From: Mesoplasma florum L1
GTDB lineage: Bacteria; Bacillota_I; Bacilli_A; Mycoplasmatales; Mycoplasmataceae
Direction of reading: 5' to 3'
NCBI RefSeq assembly: GCF_000008305.1
Contig: NC_006055.1
Span: 540,001 to 572,000 of the forward strand
Length of the DNA: 32,000 nucleotides
The notes below the pieces were generated by a model. The model did not search any database. It was given only the letters and a program-made list of their open reading frames with translations, and had not been told where the DNA came from. Below are positions 10,789 through 22,614 of the stretch, in pieces. Both the position numbers and the translations under genes were made by a program. Positions within the stretch are counted from its first letter, which is position 1. Each line of letters starts with the position of its first letter.

Positions 10789-10861
10789 ACAATTAATTAT
10801 ACTTAAATTATTTCTTTTTTAATTTAACTAATGTTAAAATATAAATCCAAGAGGTATTTAT

Positions 10862-11266
10862 ATGAATTATGATAAATTATTAGAAATTGTTAAAAAAGAA
10901 GTTTATACAAGAGAATTTGAAACTGACAAAGTGACAGCTGGTGCTGTTGCATCAGTATTAGTAACAAAAGATAATAATTTTTACACAGGTGTTTGTGTTG
11001 TAATGGATTGTGCTTTAGGGACATGCGCTGAAAGATCTGCTGCTTTTCAAATGATTAAGAATAATGAAACTGAAATTAAAACAATTTTAACTATAGGTAG
11101 AAATGGATATATTTATCCTCCATGTGGTGCATGCTTAGAATTGATTAAGTTAATAAATCCTAATAACAAAAATACGCAATTTTATATTTCAAAAAATCAA
11201 ACATTAAATTTAAATCAGTTAATGATTAAAAACTGACAAGATAAAGAAAAAATGGAAAAATATTAA
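10862..11266 (+). CDS. cdd: Cytidine deaminase-family zinc enzyme (134 aa)
   Basis: The zinc and catalytic motifs CAERSA and PCGACLE sit about 30 residues apart, and the size fits a small tetrameric CDA. The SD is AGAGGT. The gene reads through the TGA at 11234 to the TAA at 11264-11266. I cannot exclude the related blasticidin-S-deaminase subgroup by eye. Confidence 0.7.
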
Positions 11267-11835
11267 TTCCATTTTTTTAATATATTATCCAAAATATTAT
11301 TTATTTTTTCAATTCTAATTGAAAAAAAATCTTCGTAAACTTTTTGTTTTATTTCATATCTTTTATTTTCTTCTTCAATTCAGTCTAAGTTATCATTATC
11401 TTCAATTTCATAAAGATGCCCAACAATATCTAAAATATTTTTTTCTAATTCATTTAAATCTTTGAAACTATTTTCCAAAATTTTTTTAAGTTCAAAAATA
11501 CTATTAATGTTGACATTAATAAATTTATTTATTTTTTTATTATTTAGATATTTCAAATTATTAATCGAATCTTCAATTAATTTAATGTTTAAAAAAGTTG
11601 TCAACATTTTATTATAAATAAATTCATGCAAATTTCTTTCTGATTTTAAAATTTCAACTTCTATAAGTGATATTTTAGATTCGTTCACTTTTCTTATAAA
11701 AGATTTTATTTCATTTCTTGTACTTTTTATTTTTGGAATAAGTAATGCAATAATTATAGTTATAACTAATGTTATAGATGTTAAAAAAACACCGAACCAT
11801 TCAGCTAATGTTCCAATTTCAATTGTATAAAACAT
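11263..11835 (-). CDS. Hypothetical membrane-anchored coiled-coil protein (190 aa)
   Basis: The ATG at 11835 follows the SD GGAGGT. One N-terminal TM helix is visible (WFGVFLTSITLVITIIIALLI). The remainder is K/E/N/I-rich. The gene reads through the TGA at 11380 to the TAA at 11263-11265. I recognised no family motif. Confidence 0.6.
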
Positions 11836-11873
11836 AATACCTCCATTATTTATTCTTATAAATCTAATTTTAA

Positions 11874-11903
11874 TATAAAAAAACTAAGCATAAAGCTTAG
11901 TTT
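11874..11903 (-). terminator. Rho-independent terminator downstream of eno
   Basis: A 9-bp stem pairs aaactaagc (11881-11889) with gcttagttt (11895-11903) around a 5-nt loop. A T-run follows on the minus strand. Confidence 0.7.
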
Positions 11904-11919
11904 GAATAATTATTTAAAA

Positions 11920-13281
<1,362 letters not shown>

Positions 13282-13411
13282 ATAATTTCCTCTCTTTATT
13301 TAAATTATGTATTTAACTCCTATATTATATTCTCTTTTTAAAAAAAATTAAATAGAAATTATCTCTTAAAATGTGATATCATTTAAAAGTTATATAAAAA
13401 AGGAGAAATAA

Positions 13412-15250
13412 ATGTCAAATCAAAAAATTATTAACATTGCGGTTATTGCTCACGTTGATGCAGGTAAGTCAACATTGGTTGATGCACTTTTAAAACAAGG
13501 TGGAGCTTTTAGAGATAACCAAGAAGTTGTAGAACAAATCATGGATTCAAACGATCAAGAAAGAGAACGTGGGATTACCATCTATTCAAAAAACTGTGCT
13601 ATTGAGTACAAAGGAACAAAAATTAACATCGTGGATACTCCAGGTCACGCCGACTTCTCAAGTGAAGTTGAACGTATTATGAAAACTGTTGATACTGTTA
13701 TTTTATTAGTTGATTCAAGTGAAGGGCCAATGCCTCAAACACGTTTTGTTTTATCTAAAGCATTAGAATTAGGATTGAACCCAATCTTAATGATTAATAA
13801 AATTGATAAAAAAGATCAAAGAGCTGAAGAAGTTGTTGAAGAAGTATTAGAGTTATTTATGGAATTAGATGCAACTGATGAACAATTAGAATTCAAAACA
13901 TTATATGGTATTGCTCGTGAAGGGATTGCTCAATTAAACTTAAGCGATCAAGGAGTCGATCTTTCACCAATGTTTGATACTATTATTGAGCAAGTTGGAA
14001 CATACCCAATTGAATTAGCTGAAAAACCATTAAAAATGCAAGTTAGTTCATTAGCTTATGATTCATTTATTGGAAGATTAGGAATTGGAAGAATCTTTGA
14101 AGGTAAAATTGCTGAAGGTCAAACAGTTAGTGTTGTTAAAAACAATGGTGAAGTTAAACAAGCCAAAATTTCTAAATTAACAGTTTACCAAGGATTAAAC
14201 AAAGTTGCTGTTAAAGAAGCATTCGCTGGAGATATTATTACATTCGCTGGTATTGAGCATATTTCAATTGGAGATACTATTAATGAATTAAATAATATTA
14301 ATCCAATGGAACCAATTACAATTGAAGAACCTACAATGAGTATGAACTTCTTAGTTAACACTTCTCCTTTTGCTGGTAAAGTTGGTAAATTTGTTACTTC
14401 AAGAAACATTAAAGAACGTTTAGAAAAAGAATTAGAAGTAAACGTTGGTTTAAAGGTTGAACCATTAGATAACCCAACAATTGAAGGATTCAAAGTTTTA
14501 GGACGTGGAGAACTTCACTTATCTGTTTTAATTGAACAAATGAGAAGAGAAGGTTTTGAATTAGCTATTTCTAAACCTGAGGTAATTTTTAGAAAAGGTG
14601 ATAATGGAACATTATTAGAACCTATGGAAAAAGTTATCTTAAACATTCCTACTGAATATTCAGGAACTGTTATTAATAAATTAAACCAACGTAAAGGTTT
14701 AATGACAGATATGGATTCTGATGGAGTTAGAGATAAAATTGTTTACAACATCCCATTAAGAGCTTTAATTGGATTTAGAAGTGAATTTACTAATGATACT
14801 CATGGTGAAGGAATCATGGTTAGAAGTTCAAATGGATTTGAACCATACAAAGGTGAAATTGAATCACGTAAAAACGGAGTTCTTATTTCAATGGCTTCAG
14901 GTAAAACATTACCTTACGCTTTAAATAACTTAGAAGAACGTGGAATTTTATTTGTAGGCCCTCAAGTTGAAGTTTATGATGGAATGATCGTTGGACAACA
15001 CTCAAGAGATAATGACTTAGAAGTTAACCCAACAACTGGTAAAAAATTAACTAACACTCGTGCTAGTGGTAGTGATGACTCAGTTAAATTAACTCCACCT
15101 AAATTAATGACTCTAGAAGAAGCATTAGAATACATCGAATGAGATGAATTAGTTGAAGTTACACCAGATGATATTCGTTTAAGAAAAAGATGATTATCAA
15201 ATACTGAAAGACGTCAACACAGAAACGATAATAAAAAAGTTTTTGATTAA
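13412..15250 (+). CDS. typA: Translational GTPase TypA/BipA (612 aa)
   Basis: The G-domain motifs are AHVDAGKST, DTPGH and NKID. The EF-G-like domains match the BipA pattern throughout. The SD is AAAAGGAGAAATAA. The gene reads through TGA codons at 15140 and 15191 to the TAA at 15248. Confidence 0.95.
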
Positions 15251-15253
15251 AAT

Positions 15254-15289
15254 AAAAATGAACTCAATATTCTGAGTTCATTTTTTTTA
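15254..15289. terminator. Bidirectional rho-independent terminator shared by the convergent typA and ASCH genes
   Basis: The stem pairs atgaactca (15258-15266) with tgagttcat (15273-15281). It is flanked by an A-run on the 5' side and a T8 run on the 3' side, so both strands give a hairpin followed by a U-tract. Confidence 0.75.
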
Positions 15290-15706
15290 CTCTTTCTCAA
15301 GTAAATCAATTATTTCATTTTTTACATAATTGTAGTTTTGTGGGGCATTAAAATTATAATTATCTTTTAATTCTTTATAAGGTATATAATTTTCAAATTC
15401 CTTAAATTCAGATATTGTTAATACAAAACAACCACATCTATGACTTATTCATTCTTCCATTATTTGGTATGCTGCTTCTTTATCTTTAAATTGATTAGAA
15501 TAAAATGTGCAAGCTTCATCTTTACTCATTCATTTAACATCTCTTATCTTAATGTAACCATAAATTCCAGCTTTGCTTTTTGGTATGTATAAATAAAGTT
15601 TGTCATTAATATTTAGTTCTGGCATTTTGAATCTATATTCGTATTTTTTCTTTCCAGTTTTAATTAAATCAAAATACTCTTTTTTCATTGATAAAATTAA
15701 ATCCAT
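15287..15706 (-). CDS. ASCH-domain protein (139 aa)
   Basis: The N-terminus MDLILSMKKEYFDLIKTGKKKYEYRF fits the ASCH beta-barrel opening (ISIKxxYxxLILxGxKxxExR pattern). The ATG at 15706 lies 1 nt after the Nudix stop (TAA T ATG). The track's upstream MSKVHIGLRNN extension overlaps the Nudix gene and I rejected it. Confidence 0.6.
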
Positions 15707-15707
15707 A

Positions 15708-16232
15708 TTATTTCTTAAACCTATATGAACCTTGCTCATCTTTCAATAAAAACATTAGATCAATGATTTCAAAATGAAATGGTAAAAATTCACCAGTTTT
15801 AATCATATCAATTATTTCTTGTTTTGTTGCTCATTTTACTTCTTCAACTTCTTCTTTTTGTAAAATTAGTTTTTCAATTTCTACTTCTTTTTTAATTAAA
15901 TAAAAATCATCAAATCCTTCAGTAAAATTAATTGTAAATGATGGCCTGATATTTGAAAAATCTATTTCCAATCCTAACTCTTCTTTTGCTTCTCTTGTTG
16001 CTGTTGATTGGCTATTTTCACCAGTTGAAACAGAACCACTAACTGATGGTGTTCACATTCCAGTTCAATACTTTCTTTCTTTTGAAACTTTTTGAATTAA
16101 CATTTCTTCTTTATTATTAAAAATTCCAATAGTTATTTTTCTTCTATAAAAACCTTTTGGAGGTTTAGTCCCTCTTATCATTGTTTGATCAGTTTTATTA
16201 CCTAATATGTCATATAAATCTAAAATTTCCAT
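15708..16232 (-). CDS. Nudix hydrolase (174 aa)
   Basis: A perfect Nudix box GSVSTGENSQSTATREAKEELGL (GX5EX7REUXEEXGU) is present. The SD is AGGGAGG. The gene is missing from the ORF track because of 4 in-frame TGA codons. I translated it codon by codon down to the TAA at 15708. Confidence 0.85.
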
Positions 16233-16261
16233 ACGCCTCCCTTTAATTAATAAAATGATAA

Positions 16262-16288
16262 CAAAAAATAACCCTATTGGGTTATTTT
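16262..16288 (-). terminator. Rho-independent terminator after the lepA-linked hypothetical gene
   Basis: A 10-bp stem pairs aaaataaccc (16265-16274) with gggttatttt (16279-16288) around a 4-nt loop. On the minus strand TTTTTTG follows. Confidence 0.65.
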
Positions 16289-17096
16289 AATCTTCTTCAT
16301 TCATGATTTTAAATGTTTCAATTTCTTTATATCTATCTAAAATATTCATTCTGTAAAAATTGTCAGGTAAGCCTTTTTGCTCTACGTATTGATATTCAAT
16401 ATGTTCCTTTAATAAAATTAATCTATCAAAAATTATTTCAAATTTAATTAATAAAGCTATAAAATTATTTGAACTTTCAATCATTTCATCGGTTAAATCA
16501 ATTGATAAATCATCAAAACCATCAATTGTTGTAGTTAGATAATCAAGCAATTGATAAGCTACATCTAACTTATCTTCTCTTGACTCATAACTATTAAATC
16601 TTTGTACTAATTCAATTAAATCTCTTCAACAATATTTAAATTCATCTGGAACTTCAGTGTTTCTAACTACTGTAATTAATTCTTCATAGTATTTTTCTGA
16701 TAATTCTAAAAATGCTTTATTAATCGCCACATCAACTCCACTTTCATCAACTGCGTTAAATGAATGTTCATTAATTTCGTTAAAAGCATTTACATAATCT
16801 GAAGCTATGTTGTACAAACCATCAATTCTTAAATGAAAAACACCACTAATGAAAGATTTAATGTATTCATCAGTTTTGCAAACTTCTTCGTTTTCTAAAA
16901 AACCAGGTAAGTTATCAATAGCAACTGCTTCTTGATTTTCTTTAATAAAATTATTATAATCTTGGGAATCTAATCATTTTTCATGTAATTGAATAACTTC
17001 ATCAAAAATAATGTTATTTTCTGATGTGTTAATTTGTATATATCAATCGTCATTAATAAATTGCATCAATCAATCTTCATATTTGAATTTTGTCAT
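16287..17096 (-). CDS. Hypothetical acidic cytoplasmic protein (269 aa)
   Basis: The ATG at 17096 follows the SD AGAAAGG, 14 nt after the lepA stop. Track ORFs 16626..16817 and 16287..16550 share a frame. I checked the gap between them and found only the TGA at 16626. The protein is D/E-rich with no TM helix, and I recognised no motif. Confidence 0.6.
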
Positions 17097-17110
17097 GTTA
17101 TTAAACCTTT

Positions 17111-18913
17111 CTAATCATCAAGTTTTAATACTGCAATGAATGCTTCTTGTGGTACTTCAACACTTCCGATTTCTTTCATTTTCTTTTTACCTTCTTTTTG
17201 TTTATTAAGAAGTTTTTTACGTCTTGATTTATCAGCTGCATGAAGTTTTCAAGTTACATCTTTACGATATGCTTTAATTGTTTCACGAGCTAAAACTTTA
17301 TTCCCAATAGTTGCTTGAACAGGAACCTCAAAGTTTTGACGAGGAATTAATTCTTTAAGTTTTTTAGTTAAAGCAGCCCCTCTTTGATATGCAAAGTGTT
17401 TATTTACTATCATTGAGAATGCATCAACCATATCCCCATTTAATAAAATATCCATTTTAACTAATTGAGATTCTTGATATCCAATCATTTCATATTCAAA
17501 TGAAGCATACCCTTTTGAAATAGATTTTAATTTATTAAAGAAATCAAAAATGATTTCAGCTAATGGCATGTCATAAACTAACATCATACGATTATCATCA
17601 ACAACTTGTAAGTCCTTATAAGTCCCTAGTTTGTTTTGACATAAACTCATTAAATCACCAACTGATTCTTTTGGTGTCATGATTTTTACATTAACAAATG
17701 GTTCTTCCATAAATTTGATCTTTTGTGGATCAGGTAACTTTGCAGGGTTATCAATTTCAATCATTGTTCCATCAGTTAAATGAATTTTATAAATTACAGA
17801 TGGAGCTGTTGCGATTAAATTTAGATTGTATTCTCTTTCTAATCTTTCTTGTACAACTTCCATGTGTAATAAACCTAAAAAACCAACTCTAAAACCAAAA
17901 CCTAATGCTTGAGAAGTTTCTGGTTCATAAACTAATGATGAATCTGATAATTCCATTTTTTCTAATGCTTCTTTAAAATCTTGATATTGATTTGTATCAA
18001 TTGGATAAATACCACAATAAACCATTGGTTTTAGTTTTTTATATCCATCAAGTGGATGCAAAGCTGAATTAGTAACTGTTGTTATAGTATCTCCAACATT
18101 TATGTCTTTAATAGTTTTAATTGAAGCAGCTACTCATCCTACTTCTCCAGCACTTAATTGATCTTTTTTAACTATCTTAGGATTTTTAACTCCTAGTTCA
18201 GTAACTTCATAGCTGCTACCATTTGCCATAAGTTTAATTCTATCTCCAACTTTAATAGAACCTTCTCTTACTCTAATTGACATAACAACACCTAAGTATT
18301 TGTCATAGTAACTATCAAAAATTAAAGCTCTTAATGGTTTTGCATCATCTGCATCATATGGTGCAGGAATTTTATTAACAATAGCTTCTAAAACATCTTC
18401 TACGTTTAAACCAGTTTTAGCACTAATTAATGGTGCATCACTACAATCAATTCCAATTGTATTTTCAATTTCTTCTTTTACTCTTTCTGCATCAGCACTT
18501 GGTAAATCAACTTTATTAATAACAGGGATAATTTCTAAATTATTTTCAATGGCTAAATAAACGTTAGCAAGTGTTTGTGCTTCAATACCTTGAGTTGCAT
18601 CAACAACAAGTATTGCTCCTTCACAAGCTGCTAAACTTCTTGATACTTCATATGCAAAGTCAACATGCCCAGGAGTATCAATTAAGTGGAAAGTATATTC
18701 TTGTCCATCTTTTGCTTTGTAATACAATTGAACAGAGTTTAGTTTAATTGTGATTCCACGTTCTCTCTCAATATCCATTGAATCAAGAAGTTGCTCTTGC
18801 ATTTCACGTTTTGTTACAGTATTAGTTAACTCTAAAATACGGTCAGCCAAAGTTGACTTACCGTGATCAATATGAGCAATAATACTAAAATTCCTAATTT
18901 TTGATTTATCCAT
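17111..18913 (-). CDS. lepA: Elongation factor 4 (LepA), 600 aa
   Basis: The N-terminus is [25 protein letters not shown], with DTPGHVDF and NKVD following. The C-terminal LepA domain is present (the ...[23 protein letters not shown]... region). Track ORFs 18134..18931 and 17249..18061 share a frame. The stop is the TAG at 17111. An alternative start 6 codons upstream at 18931 overlaps the upstream stop as TAATG. Confidence 0.95.
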
Positions 18914-18930
18914 GTGTTCTCTTTCTACCA

Positions 18931-19860
18931 TTAATAATTATCTTTGTATTTATCAATGAATTTTACAATATCATCAATAACAACTTCGTTAACTTCTTCT
19001 TCTAATAATTTATTTTTTAAATTTTGATAAATTTTAAGGTCAGTATCTAAACCTAACTTTGTAAATCTATAAAATAGTTTTTGTGAGTCTTTACCCATTT
19101 TTGTATAGTTATCTAATCCACCACTTTGAATTAATATTGGTAAGTCCTTAGTTATAAATTCATTATTTGAATTTTTAGAAATAAATTTATTACCAACAGC
19201 AATATCTTTAAAAGCTGATCAACTAAGTTTTAAATTACATAAAGGATCATTATTATATTTCTCTACAAATTTTCAATCACTTGATAATCATTGGTTATCA
19301 AATTTTAATAATGGGTTATGTCTTTTATTCATTCTTTTTGCTCTAATGTTATTAAGGAATTTTGCATCATTTCTTACATTAAAGATCATTTGACTTAAAT
19401 TCATATATTTTAAAAATATATTTGAAATGTGATAATTGTAATCACGTGTATTAATTAAAATTAATCCAGCCATTTCTTCTGAGTATTTAATTGAGAATGC
19501 TCTAGCTAAATTTCCACCTAATCCTTGCCCCATTACAAAAATAGGCAAGTCTGAATGGTATCTTTTAATTCATGTATTTATATTTTTAACATCTTCAACT
19601 AATTTACTTCAACCTTGTTTTTTATCAAAAATAATGTTTGAACCATCAGATTCATCTCTACTTTCACCAATTCCTCTTAAATCAGTTCCTACAACTAAAA
19701 TGTTATGTTCTTTCATGATTTTGGCAAATTTATCATACATTTCCATATGTTCATCAAAGTTAGGTACAACTTGAATAATGGCAATAGGTTTTTTAGAAGT
19801 TTTTCATTCAAAATTAATTAATTCTTTCCCATCAATCATTTGCAATTGAAATTTTCTCAT
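18931..19860 (-). CDS. Alpha/beta-hydrolase-fold protein of lysophospholipase/monoacylglycerol-lipase type (309 aa) with a degenerate catalytic triad
   Basis: The ATG at 19860 uses the SD AAGGAGG that lies inside the end of the RNase H gene. The nucleophile elbow reads GQGLGG instead of GHSMGG. At the expected His position near the C-terminus the sequence reads [13 protein letters not shown]. The stop is the TAA at 18931-18933. Confidence 0.7.
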
Positions 19861-19863
19861 GCT

Positions 19864-20484
19864 TTAAACCTCCTTAACGTATTCTTCAAATGTTGCATTA
19901 GCTGCTAATTGATCAGCTAAATCATTGTAATAATCATTACTATGACCTTTTACTCAAATAAATTCTAATTCTACTTTTGTTCTGATTTGATCAACAAATT
20001 TAATATATTCATTACCTTCATCAGATTTTGCTTTTCATTCATGGTTTGCTCACTTAGCGATACCTTCATAATCATGATATAAATATAATTTCTTAATGTT
20101 ATTAGCATACGCGAATAACATCACCCTTTTTGCTCCTTGTAGTTCTCCACTCACATTTCACATTGATTTTAATTCATCATCACGATATCTTTTTGAAAAA
20201 TGAAACTCTTTATTTTGTCACATTACAACTGCACCATATGAATAAGTATTATTGTCTTTAATAAAACTACCATCACTATATGCAACTGCAGCATTTTCTT
20301 CTATTTCAATTTTTTGTTTAGGTTTAGATAATGTTTGTCCGCCCTTAATAAAGGCTTCAGCATCTGCTTTGCTTGAAAAAGATTTATAAACAGCATTAGT
20401 ATATCCTTCAACTTGAATTTTACATTCTTCTCAAGTTTCATATACACCAATATTTCTTCCTTGTTTAACAGCGTAATATTTCAT
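19864..20484 (-). CDS. rnhA: Ribonuclease H1 with an N-terminal hybrid-binding domain (206 aa)
   Basis: The N-terminal HBD reads MKYYAVKQGRNIGVYETWEECKIQVEGYTNAVYKSFSSKADAEAFI. The RNase H carboxylates fall in AYSDGS, SGELQG, YHDYEG and NDLADQLA. The SD is a strong GTAAGGAGGT. The gene has several TGA-encoded Trp codons and so does not appear in the ORF track. Confidence 0.8.
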
Positions 20485-20509
20485 TTCTAAACCTCCTTAC
20501 TTTTATTAA

Positions 20510-21931
20510 TTAATAAGCTCTTGCAAAATAAACTTTTAATGTTGTGTCTTTGTTACAGTTAAAACATTTTTCAGTTTTGTTATCTTGATCAAATGGAATA
20601 CAACGTGAATTTGTAGAAGTTTGTTTTTTAACATCATCTTCACATTCAATTTCACCACAGAATGGAACTAATACAAAACCTTGGTTTTGAGCTAGTATGT
20701 TTTTGTATTCTTCAATTGAGTTAGCCCTTGAAGTTCTTTCTTCACGGTTTTTTAAAGCCTTAGCATATAAATTAGCATCATATTCTTTGATCATTTGATC
20801 TACTATATTTGTAACTTCATTTACATTAACTTGAATTTTTTCTCTAGTATCTCTTCTTGAAATGGTTACTTGATTATTTTCTAAATCTCTTGGTCCTATT
20901 TCAATTCTTAAAGGAATCCCTTTGATTTCAGCTTCACTTATTTTAAATCCAAATGATTTATCTGTTTTATCAATGTCAACACGATATTTATTTTTTAATG
21001 CTTCTTTAATATCTTCTGTTACTTTAATAACTTCATCAGTTTCTTTTATTTGAATTAATCTAACTTGAACTGGTGAAACCATTGATGGAAGTACTAAACC
21101 ATTATCATCAGAGTGAGTCATAATAATAGCACCAATTAATCTTGTTGAAACTCCTCAACTTGTTGAATAAGCATGCTCTAATTTACCTTCTTTATTTTGG
21201 AATTTAATTTCATATGGTTTAGAGAAGTTATCTGCAAAGTAATGTGATGTACCACATTGTAATGCTTGACCATCATGCATTAATGATTCAATAGTATATG
21301 TTGAATCAGCTCCCGCAAATTTTTCCTTTTCAGTTTTCTTACCTGGGATTACAGGTAACAATAATGCATTTTGAGCAAACTCAGTATATGTGTCTAATAT
21401 TTTTAAAGTTAAATCAGAAGCTTCTTTTCTTTCTGAATGTACAGTGTGTCCTTCTTGTCATAAGAATTCACTTGTTCTTAAAAATGGTCTAGTTGTTTTT
21501 TCTCAACGCATAACATTAGTTCATTGGTTAAAGATTAAAGGTAAGTCACGATATGATTTAACTTCATTTTTGAAAAAGTTTGCCATCAACACTTCACTAG
21601 TTGGTCTAATAAATAGTGGCTCAGGTAATGGAGTATCTCCAACTCTTGTTACAGTTGCTATCTCAGGTGAAAAACCTTCAATGTGGTCTTTTTCTTTTTG
21701 AAATAATGATTGTGGAATTAATAATGGGAAGTAAACATTTTGTACTTCAAGTTCTTTGAATTTTGCATCCAAATATTTTTGGATTAATTCTCAAATTGCA
21801 TATCCATAAGGTCTAAAGATAATTGTTCCTTTAACTGGACCATAGCTTGCTAATTTAGCATTAATAACTGTATCAGTATATCATTGTGAAAAATCAACGT
21901 CTCTTGGTGTTATTTTCTCTAATTGTTTCAT
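20510..21931 (-). CDS. proS: Prolyl-tRNA synthetase, archaeal/eukaryote-like type without an insertion editing domain (473 aa)
   Basis: The N-terminus is MKQLEKITPRDVDFSQWYTDTVINAKLASYGPVKGTIIFRPYGYAIWE. Class II motifs run through track ORFs 21521..21772, 21155..21361 and 20510..21121, which are all in one frame. A C-terminal Cys cluster is present and the protein ends in Tyr (...VYFARAY), as in that ProRS type. Confidence 0.93.
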
Positions 21932-21935
21932 TTTA

Positions 21936-22562
21936 TTACTCTCCTATTTTTACTAAGCCATCATGACTTAAATATAATTTTATTTCTAATCCTAATTCCT
22001 TGATAATGTTATTAGCATAGTTATAGTATTGTTCGTTTCTTATCAATATTCATTTGATTGTGTCAAAGTGAATTGTTTCAATAATGTTAATCATTCCAAA
22101 TGATCTATCAAAGATTCAATCTTTTGTAGTTGTTTTTGCTAGTTTTTCAGGATCAATTCCAATAACACAAAACTTACTTGTATCAATTGCTGCATCTGCT
22201 GATCATTTTCAAAAGTGTGCTCTTGATGAAATGTCAAAGTCTAAGTTACTTGAATCTTGTTTTTGGTGATAACCTCAAACATGATATAATTCGTCTTTAT
22301 TTAAAATTATTTCTTGGGTTGGTTGTATTCCATTTTTTAAAATATAACCAATGTTTCTTACATCAGTATAAAATAAAAAACTTTTAATTCCTCTTTTTTT
22401 AATTAAGTCTAGAACAATCTCTTTTTCAGAACCGGCATTAACGAATAATGATTTAAAAAAGTTATCTAATTCATTCTCATTCAAAATGTCATCTTTATCA
22501 GCTCTTCAAAATAAAAGTTTTTCTTTTCATGAGCTTTTAGTTCTTTTTTCTTTTGATTTCAC
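21936..22562 (-). CDS. Hypothetical protein (208 aa) with a putative GTG start
   Basis: The open frame runs from 22586 to the TAA at 21936 and has 8 in-frame TGA codons. The early part of the frame contains no ATG. The GTG at 22562 lies 5 nt after GGGGTG. The alternative is the TTG at 22484 chosen by the track. I could not assign a family with confidence. Confidence 0.55.
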
Positions 22563-22614
22563 TATAACACCCCAGACTATATAATATTATATAATTTTTT
22601 AACTATTTTTGATA

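Noticed and set aside
14185-14493. Minus-strand track ORF inside typA
   Set aside because: It is a shadow ORF fully inside a highly conserved plus-strand GTPase gene, with no SD.
15707-15739. Track extension MSKVHIGLRNN on the ASCH gene
   Set aside because: It overlaps the 3' end of the Nudix gene in another frame. The internal ATG at 15706 lies 1 nt after the Nudix stop and starts exactly at the ASCH-like strand.
18914-18931. N-terminal extension MVEREH on lepA, using the first ATG at 18931
   Set aside because: The conserved LepA N-terminus begins at [12 protein letters not shown]. The upstream ATG overlaps the preceding stop (TAATG), so coupled initiation there remains possible. I kept it as an alternative and did not use it as the primary call.
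21298-22387. Plus-strand track ORFs 21298..21492, 21390..21701, 22084..22269 and 22178..22387
   Set aside because: They are antisense to proS and to the 208-aa hypothetical gene. Under code 4 the minus-strand frames are continuous and, for proS, strongly conserved.
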